NCBI RefSeq assembly: GCF_006345805.1
Contig: NC_043011.1
Coordinates: 42,668,464-42,732,463, forward strand
DNA length: 64,000 nt
Direction of reading: 5' to 3'
DNA from: Octopus sinensis
Lineage: Eukaryota
The position numbers were made by a program, and so were the translations under genes. Positions 63,755 to 64,000 of the stretch are shown here, piece after piece (position 1 is the first letter of the stretch; each line of letters opens with the position of its first letter). Below the pieces are notes generated by a model. The model had not been told where the DNA came from. It saw nothing but the letters and a program-made list of their open reading frames with translations, and searched no databases.

Positions 63755-64000
63755 AATTACATATATCAACATGGTTGTAAATGCTCCTCTCCGAGATGAT
63801 TTGGGGTCCTTCTGGAGAAGGGGAATTGCGAATCTGGTATATAAATAAAGCGTAACGTGGCTAAATAAGTCACAAATTGATTACTATGCAATATTAATTA
63901 AAATTAACCAGGTGAGAATTGATAGTGGATATTGGCATCGGAAGCCAATGATTTACACGAAAGCTCATCTTTTATAATTTGTCTTTTACTTATTTCAATC

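Overview
AT-rich eukaryotic DNA, roughly half repeats, with very dense (TA)n, (CA)n, (TATG)n and (AAT)n microsatellites and one 100-N scaffold gap (56660-56759). The SINE and microsatellite content looks like an octopus (coleoid cephalopod) genome; this is inferred, not proven. No host protein-coding exon could be identified with confidence, so the window is probably intronic or intergenic. Almost all long ORFs in the supplied track are microsatellite artefacts. The real coding relics come from transposons: CR1-clade RT, Tx1/L1-clade APE, REL-endonuclease (R4/Dong-like) LINEs, an RTE 3' end, a Penelope-like element (RT plus GIY-YIG), and Tc1, mariner and maT (DD37D) transposases. Non-coding mobile DNA includes about 25 tRNA-derived SINEs in four body types, six non-autonomous Helitrons (three in tandem), a mariner MITE and several Penelope-type pseudo-LTRs. 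Five patterns stand out. (1) One REL-LINE family has junctions and tails sitting in (CATA)n arrays in a fixed orientation, next to others sitting in (AAT)n, suggesting microsatellite-specific targeting. (2) About ten hammerhead-ribozyme-like motifs of several sequence types occur, some in inverted pairs, one with a ~90-nt stem II insert, and one apparently in a DNA-transposon end. (3) A tandem Helitron array mixes structural variants. (4) Three near-perfect foldback hairpins are present, one built de novo inside a mariner relic. (5) SINEs are modular and sometimes multimeric. All calls were made by eye; coordinates of degenerate elements are approximate.
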